From Trichoplax adhaerens (lineage: Eukaryota; Animalia; Placozoa): a DNA stretch of 64,000 nt. The stretch lies in the NCBI RefSeq assembly GCF_000150275.1, contig NW_002060945.1, forward strand, positions 2,317,172-2,381,171, read 5' to 3'. Under the pieces are notes generated by a model that was given only the letters and a program-made list of their open reading frames with translations, was not told where the DNA came from and searched no databases. The first letter of the stretch is position 1. The number at the start of each line of letters is the position of its first letter. Positions 56,270 to 64,000 of the stretch are shown one piece after another. The translations under genes were made by a program, and so were the position numbers.

Positions 56270-56420
56270 TTCACTGAGTCAAAGATTGTTATGGTTATTG
56301 CAATTATTTCTTGTACGAATAGCGAAAAAGATACTCTATCCTTGGCTATATCTGGAGATAGCGAGCTGCTATATGTTACTGAATCAAAGATTGTTGTGGT
56401 TATTCCGATTATTTCTAGTA
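56270..56420. repeat. ~108-bp-period direct repeat
   Basis: actga.tcaaagattgtt.tggttatt.c.attatttct.gta at ~56273 and ~56378. Confidence 0.75.
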
Positions 56421-59400
56421 TAAATGGCGGAAGAGATGAAGCCCTACACATACTACTTGATTAATGAGCCAATTTCTCCTTGTTAAAATATCTTACAAGG
56501 ACAAAAGATATACAGCACAACTAAATTTATGTTGAACAATGTTGTAGATGGTTGTTGTGAGCTATTCTAAGTGCGTTTCTATTTAATTAATACGATTCCA
56601 ATCGATCATAAGTCACCTATTGAAAGCAGTCAGGTAATAGCTGCGCCAGTAAGGTATTGATGTTAATATTTATTTTATAAAAATAGAGATATGGCTTAAA
56701 ATCTGTAAGAATAATTTTGAAAAGTATATTGGCAGAAGTTGAAAGGTGCTCATGTTTACTACGTCAGTCTTTTTATCATTTCTGTAGTATCAATTTTGCC
56801 ATCTAATTTCATCATCAAATCATGTAATATTGAAAAGTCATGAATTATTTCTCTATACGTTACAATTATAGGTCTATCGAATAAATAAAGTCACTTTATG
56901 CAATTTAGGAATCAGTAAATTATATTGCATTATTTTTTAAACATTGATCTAGAATTGACACTGCGGAATATTCCGGAAAAAAGAAACACTGTTAAACTAT
57001 TACATTATAATGTAACCAAAATGTTTAGAAGAATATCAGACTCATTATATTTTTCATTCCAGAACTAATTATTTGATATTAGCAATTCTAGAATCATTCT
57101 CTATATTTTGGATTATAATCTATCGAATCGTACAAAGTCTATACATGTAACTTTAAGGATCAGTTAATCACGTATCAGCATTTCCGAATATCTACCTAAA
57201 TGCTATCTTGTGTAGTATTTCTCTGGTACCGGTATTTTATTGAAAGATTTAGAAAAATATGAAGCTTAAAATTTATAATTTATGTAAAAGTATTATAGCT
57301 CATTGACCTTTCTATTAAATGTTTGCTTATCAATTTGCTAGCAGAAAAGAGCGATCGTGAGGTAGTACAAATACCTATTGGAGATTACTTTAAACAATAT
57401 ACTGTACGATTTAAGTACTGTACTCGTTCGAACAATTATGGAGAAATCTTTTACAGTGATAAGACATATAAGATATCTCATATGTCGTATTTGCGACAAT
57501 TTCTAGTAGTAGCAATTGATGACGTTTTGAGGTGTCAGCGAAATGGAAAGCTACCTTATAAATTTGAGATTAACAAACGAGTATATCAGTAATTTTCAGG
57601 TGTCTTAGCAGAACGTGATAAAGTAAAGGTATTGCAAAGAGCACATAAAGAAAACCCGTGGTATTCTAATATCGTTATAGATTGTCATTGCTTAGTTAAA
57701 AATCGGAAAGGAAAGTTTATCATTCGTAATTAATGAATACGATGTAAGTGTATAGAGATGAAAGGATACAAATTGAAACGACGATACTGAAGAAAGAAGA
57801 TATGATTTTTGTCTATTTTCCTTCAATTGATACCTAATTAAATAATTCTGTTGATAATTGATGTTATAGCTTGGAAATTGAGTGTAAACTACACGGATTT
57901 AAATAATAGCAAACAGTAAAACAGGGTAAAAGAGCAGTCTTATCAAAGTTAATGTCAGGAGAGCCCACTAATCAATAGCTTCACATATGGTTGTGTAACC
58001 TTTTCTCAAAACTTTGTAATCACGATTTGAAAGGGCTTAAATTTATCTCTACTATTCTGCCATCTTCTCTTACCTTTCTAGTCAAGATAGATTTGAAAGC
58101 TGTTTTGTTCAATATCAATATCTAAAGAAAAAAATCAAATATTATCGTGATGATCTTTGCGATATAATAGGTGCTCATAAACGAAGTCTCCTTCAAGTTA
58201 CGATTAGTAATTTCTAGTAAAATATTGTCGTTGTTAAAATTTGTTTTCTTCCGCGTATAAATTCTATTCTGTATGGTCATATTGGTCAGCTTTTATTTTA
58301 GAATTACCCATTATGGCAATGATTGAAGTTTATTTTAATTAATAGTTCCGCTACCGATATTACTTGTCAAGTAAAAGCCTCGAATAATTATTTACACTTC
58401 CTATCATATTTTCCTGAATTACATTTTAAATGATGAAATTAATGTGAACTCTTACTAAGAAGTAGCTATCTATCAGTAGAACAGTTTCTCTCTTAAGATT
58501 TTTCTAATTCTAGATTTCAATAAAAGGAGAGATAGTAATCAACTTCTGCACTCTTGAACAGAAGTAACTATAAGTAAGCGATAAGGTTCCTAAGGATCAT
58601 GATATCAATGATAGACATCCGAAATGACGAATTGAAATATCTTCGCGATAGACGTTACACAAACTGGTCTATCAGTTCAGTATCATGTAACTCTAGTACA
58701 ATGGCTAATTTTCAGTTGGTCATTAGAATCAAGCAGATTGAACTATCGAAGAATTAGTTTAATCTACGCGATTTGCCGATTACCTTACTTTCACTCATTC
58801 ATACCAAGTTTACAGTCGTTAGCCTAAGACAAACAACTGTGCATGACTAAAACTCGAACATCGACAGTATAATATAAAGCCAGATACACAGCTTTAATTC
58901 AATATCATCATAAAATCGAATTACGTGTAGCGCGTTATATACGTTAGTTTTAGTGATTATTTCATTATGATTCAACTATTTTACTGAAGAGTGGAATCCA
59001 TGTTTTACACTCAAGATCTATGATGAAATTCACCTCTAGCTTATGCTTAAGTAACATTACACTTGTACGCTAAATACTTGAAACTATCTCATTGTGATAT
59101 AAACTACCAAGAAATAGAATTCATTAAAGGAAAAAATATCAAGAATTACGCATTCACGATAATAGTATAGTTGAATTTTAATGTTGGTTTTCAAGGAGGA
59201 CTTAATAGAATCTAAGTTAAGGACGAGTTAGAATAAAAAAATTATTATTTTGACTATCCTGGCACTTACTGTAGGTATTGTATTCATTATATTGACTCTC
59301 AATAATCAACTATGAGTTATTGAATTTCTATATAAAGTTAGGAGTCGGATTTGTTTGATGTTCGTTTCCCCATGCACAATTTATGATTCCTAGCATGGCT

Positions 59401-61639
59401 GGAGGATAGCCATCATGACTAACTTAGCAGTACTAGTACTTGATTTTATGCAAAGATGAATCGATTAAAATACTAAAGCCAATGAAATTGTGAATATGTA
59501 AATGCTTTAACTGAAGGAAAGATAGCTACTTGCAATGAAGCTAAGGTAGATAGCTATACATAGCGGGTAAAAGAAAAAGAGAGCGGTTCAAACCTTAAAT
59601 GCAAAATTAGAATCAATTAAATTGTTACTATTAGCCATTGACCTGGAACAAATCTCGGTCACAAGACAAATATAGATGTCTTTACTTTTAAATTGACATG
59701 CATGGATAGTGCAAGGATTCCTTGATATGCATTTTTATGTGTTTTTAGGGAAACCAGACCTGGGATAAGTTACAACTATGCAAATCAAGTAGGGTTCGCA
59801 TTTGACCATGACTCACTTTATATAAATGCGTCATGCTATGCTTTAGTTATTCATCGTCATTATATGTAGTGCATTTGATTTCTTTTGTAATTACATAAGC
59901 TAATACACTATGATATAAATTAGAGATATTAAGGATTTTCGCCCACAAGTTAAGACAGTAATAAGAGCTATATTTATAGATAGTGATTACCCCTAAATTT
60001 GTTGTACCGTTAGTTCATGTTTCAAATTGATACCGATTGATTTATTTAATTTGATCAGAATACGTATCATTTAGTCATTCTACATGTTAGACTAACGAGG
60101 TAATGCGATATCAGAAAATAGATTAAAATGTTCTATTAACAAAAAATACATTTGGGCATGATTTATAAAAAGAAACAACGTGAACATAAGCAGTTATCTC
60201 TATTTTATTGTACCGACACAATTATGAACATGGTGTTATAGTTCACTTTTTAGATAGTGTTTTTATTACCTTAACAGTTCTTGTCTTGAATGAAGGCGAA
60301 CAATTCGATTGGTTTGAGTTGTTATTGATGATTCGAGATGAGATAGATCACACTTGTAACTGGAATACTAGGTTGAAAGGTTACTCGATGTCTTAGCGCG
60401 ATGAGTATTGATTCATACATTATACTTACTTTCTGCGATAGTATATGGATCAAATAAGTAACGCATGATTTCTCATCAAGTCGCTTATGATTACGAATGT
60501 TGATTGCTCAGACTTAGTGACTAATAGGAATGAACGATTGAAAACAAGTTCAATATGTAAATTGCACGTCAAAAAAGGATTGAATGCATATAAATGCAAT
60601 TAGACAGATCGGGCTGTCAATCAAATTAATCAATTTTCAATAATAAGGAAAGATACATTCGTTGCATCCTTTATTTGCACACAAATTAAGGTGAATAACA
60701 GATGTTTTAATTTTTCCATCTGTTTCTATTTTAACTCAACGGCATCATCTTTAATTGAATCAAGTTTTCCTAAAGTATAATTAGCATTTTGATTGAGACG
60801 TGGGAATATTTGCCTAAATATCAATTTCCATTGAAATAAGATCTAAGTTGAAGAGCTAAGTAGAGTGTTTCTATTTAAAGTTAGATTCAAATCAACTGAT
60901 GATCGCTGCTATTTTTATACATTTATTGGATCAATAAGAGGTCAGGATAATTTGATGTCATGTAAACTTATGGCTGGCTTATAGTACTGTAAAGGGAGAA
61001 TCATTCTAGTAAAAATACCAATCAAATTGCCTTATTTATAAAATATCGATATACCTGTATAGTTTAAAATGATTCCGTAAACTTTGTTTGTGAAACTTGC
61101 AAGTTAATACTATTTAGCCTAGGGCAACAACTTTTTTTGCGTGCTAGTGTTACTTTATCCGTACTCATACCATTTCATTACAATTCCTTTTAAACTTGAA
61201 TATAGCTATAAAATTCTCTTTTCTGTTCTACTCGGCCAATTAATACCCATAGCTAAGATGTTGTTTATAGAAGCACTTTAGTGGATGAATACGTATTCGT
61301 GTGATGGACTCATCGATATCAGCAGTCTATAGTAGAGCTAGTAAAGAAATTTATTCATCTAGATGTATTTAATTAATTTTTAGATAGTAAATTATTCTTT
61401 TATTTTTGTTATATGCGTATTCCTCACTCGATCTATTTAATTACAGTAGTCTTTCGATGGTAAATTATTATTTTTTATTTTTATATTATCTACAAGCAAG
61501 CAATGGCCATCATCTCTAGCGGCAGATCATCAATCTGATATAGTTAATATAGTGGCTATTTATTTGATTCTATCAAGTCTATTATGACATGGTTAGTCAG
61601 TCAGGAATAATAGAATCTACTTAAAAGTTCTTCATCGTA

Positions 61640-62560
61640 ACAATGATATTGAGGATTTCTTTTACCCGTCGTTACTAAAGGTATGAGGATGATTAGCAAA
61701 TAAAAATAGATGAAGACAATGGCTAAGGTTACTGATGGTTTGAATGATATCGAGAGAGCAAATTATGGTGTTGAACTAAATGTTTCAGTTAATCACTGGA
61801 CGTTGATGATGAAACAATCTAGCTATTGACATACCAAAGGGAGATAGTATTTTAGTTAGAAATGAATAATGCTATTAAAGAAAAGTGTAGTATTTTACCA
61901 AATCTATGATTCTAAATAATAATATGGAGGGAGCAAATGGTGGTATTAACCTTAAGCTGAAATATCCAGTGTATCACTGGATATTGATGATCATTGAACG
62001 ATATTGCTATTGATATTTTAAAGAGAGATAACTTTTACAGCGTAACGAATGATTTTTTTCAAGTATAGCGTATTACTAAGCCTGTGATTTTAAATCATAG
62101 AGAGGAAGCAAATATCGGTGTTGAACTGAAATATCCAGTGAATCAATGGAATTTTATAATGAAGTGATGTCGCTGTTGATATAAGCGTATTTAAGGGAGA
62201 TAATTGTTAGGAGAAATAAATGACTTTTTCAAAGTAAATATAGAACATTGCCAAGCCTGTAATTTAAAATAATATAGTGGAGCAAATGGTGATACTTAAC
62301 TGAAGTCTCTATCGAATTACTGATAGATTACAAGTGAGATCATTCTAAAGGGAAAGTTAATGATACTTTCAAAGTGAAATAATTTGTGTTAGGCTATTGA
62401 TTTTAAATGATATACTTGTAGAAGGAGCAAACGTTGGTATTAAACTGAAGGTTAAAAGCTAAGCTCGAACATTTTGGATGACACTTTTGCCTTATTAAAG
62501 GGAGAGTTGTAAGAGAAAAAATGGAATGATTCTTTCAAAATAAAGCATATTACTAAGCCT
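61640..62560. repeat. Degenerate tandem array, ~175-bp period, ~5 units
   Basis: gagcaaat..gtg.t.aactgaaatatccagtg.atcactgga...aagggagata...aatga.tttttcaaagt...ttactaagcct near 61756, 61931, 62105, 62280, 62425. Confidence 0.85.
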
Positions 62561-62812
62561 AGCCATCGTATTAACTTTGTTTTAATGCATTATATCGCTT
62601 CCTGTAAACCTTACGTACTCTTTGCTACTATCGTACTGGTGTATTGTTTTTATTTTCGATTAAAAGCAAATTGAATAGATATTGGCTGTTTTAAAGCGTT
62701 TACTTCCGGTCGTGCTGTCATGTCCTTACCGTGCTCTATTTTAGCACAGTGCAGTTTATCAGGGTAGTCATGCTTACGAAAGTTGTTGGTATTACTGATA
62801 TTCTTAAAAGTA

Positions 62813-63992
62813 GATTTAGTAGTCGATATTCATTTACTCGAAACATGTTGACAACAACCTAATGTTTTAATGAATCAAGATTTGGTATTACTGATATTCT
62901 TAAGTGATATTCCGAGTACTATCATTAAGCAGAAATCTTTGCAAAAAGTAAGCGATTTCTTACCTTTAAAAGCTTGTAAAAGACTAATGGATAGTGCTAG
63001 AACTACAGGATAACGTCCATTTTTTTAATGGCGTATGGTGAAGAAAGCAACAAATGTTGTCATTTTTGAGTGCTATCTTAACAGATTTTCTTCATCATCT
63101 TATTTTATAAGGCATGCTGTTGTAATACTTTTACACTTACAGTTTGATACCATAGTATCTTACTTGATCAGACGAGAATATCGATTATGAAATGGTAGCA
63201 CTGCGGCTTCTTAACTTTACAGAGATGATGATTTGAATTCTCGAAGGAGAATACTATTATTAATTGAAAATTTGAAAGATGTTGGTGGACAGTCAATGGG
63301 GATATAATTGCTAATCAAATTGGTATTGGTAATTCAATCCGACCCATCGTGGCCAGAGTGGAGGCTAGGCGTAGCACAACTGTTTAGCTCAGCGTACAAT
63401 TGGATATTGAATCGTTCTTCATTTCGCTATTTGGTTCTCTTTTGATTCATAAGACGACAGCATAGATGCAGATTGGTAAAGGTGCAAATGCTGCCATTTG
63501 TTAGGAGCGAAATTTTTTCAATCTCTTAGCCCAGATTGCATTACGTCATATGCTCGACCATGCTCATAACCCTAACCACTGTTTTCCGGTCCAGTAGGTG
63601 AAATATTGCACAGGCATGGACTTCTAGAAATAGACCATTGTAGTTTATTTCTAGAAGTTAATGGCACTGCTATGCTCTGTAGTCTAGAAGTACAATTCAG
63701 TGAATGAGTGAGTGAGTGCTGATACTTTTAGAGATGGTAGTCTGTATCGTTTTTTAATTTCGCTATAACATTAAAATTATAAAGTAATTCTGATTGATCT
63801 AGTCGTCTTGGATTGAGATCGTAAAGGGCAAATGTGGCCATTTGTTACGCAGGAGTATTTTACGGGATATTGGATCTCTGCGCGTACTACAGTAGATCAT
63901 GTCATGGACTACTAAAATACTAAAATACTAAAAGTATATTTAGTAGTCGATGTTCATTTACTGGAAACATGTTGACAACAACCTAATGTTTT
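62813..63992. repeat. Dispersed direct repeat, ~55 bp, at 62813-62868 and 63938-63992
   Basis: atttagtagtcgatRttcatttactSgaaacatgttgacaacaacctaatgtttt occurs twice. Confidence 0.9.
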
Positions 63993-64000
63993 CAACTGCA

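Noticed and set aside
46520-60396. Short ORFs in the gene desert (46520, 46892, 49301, 56218, 56240, 57323, 60208)
   Set aside because: No recognisable motifs, mostly non-ATG starts, and several overlap tandem repeats.
44560-62560. Periodic repeats as a CRISPR-like array
   Set aside because: Eukaryotic context, whole units degenerate with no constant repeat/unique spacer pattern, and no cas genes.
63340-63420. tRNA/SINE-like A-box (tggccagagtgg)
   Set aside because: No B-box (GTTCRA) and no cloverleaf.

Overview
AT-rich eukaryotic (animal) genomic DNA with many short GT-AG introns. The style is consistent with a placozoan (Trichoplax-like) assembly, which is an inference. The first 44 kb is gene-dense, in this order: Cav beta subunit (CACNB, +), ESF1 (+, with a 50-N gap in intron 1), OGG1 (-), an interleaved cluster SDR(+) / divergent cereblon paralog(-) / SDR(+) / canonical cereblon(+), a BTB-BACK-TLDc gene (-), and a KRAP/SSFA2 (ITPRID family) IP3-receptor-binding gene (-) with two probable GC-AG introns. 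The last ~20 kb has no recognisable coding sequence and holds several unrelated degenerate tandem arrays and a palindromic repeat family. The most notable item is the second, apparently intact cereblon. It has the same intron positions, Zn cysteines, tri-Trp cage and DDB1-contact motif as the canonical copy, but the polar imide-recognition residues are remodelled. Exon structures were traced by hand, and homology calls rest on motifs I recognise from memory, not on database searches.
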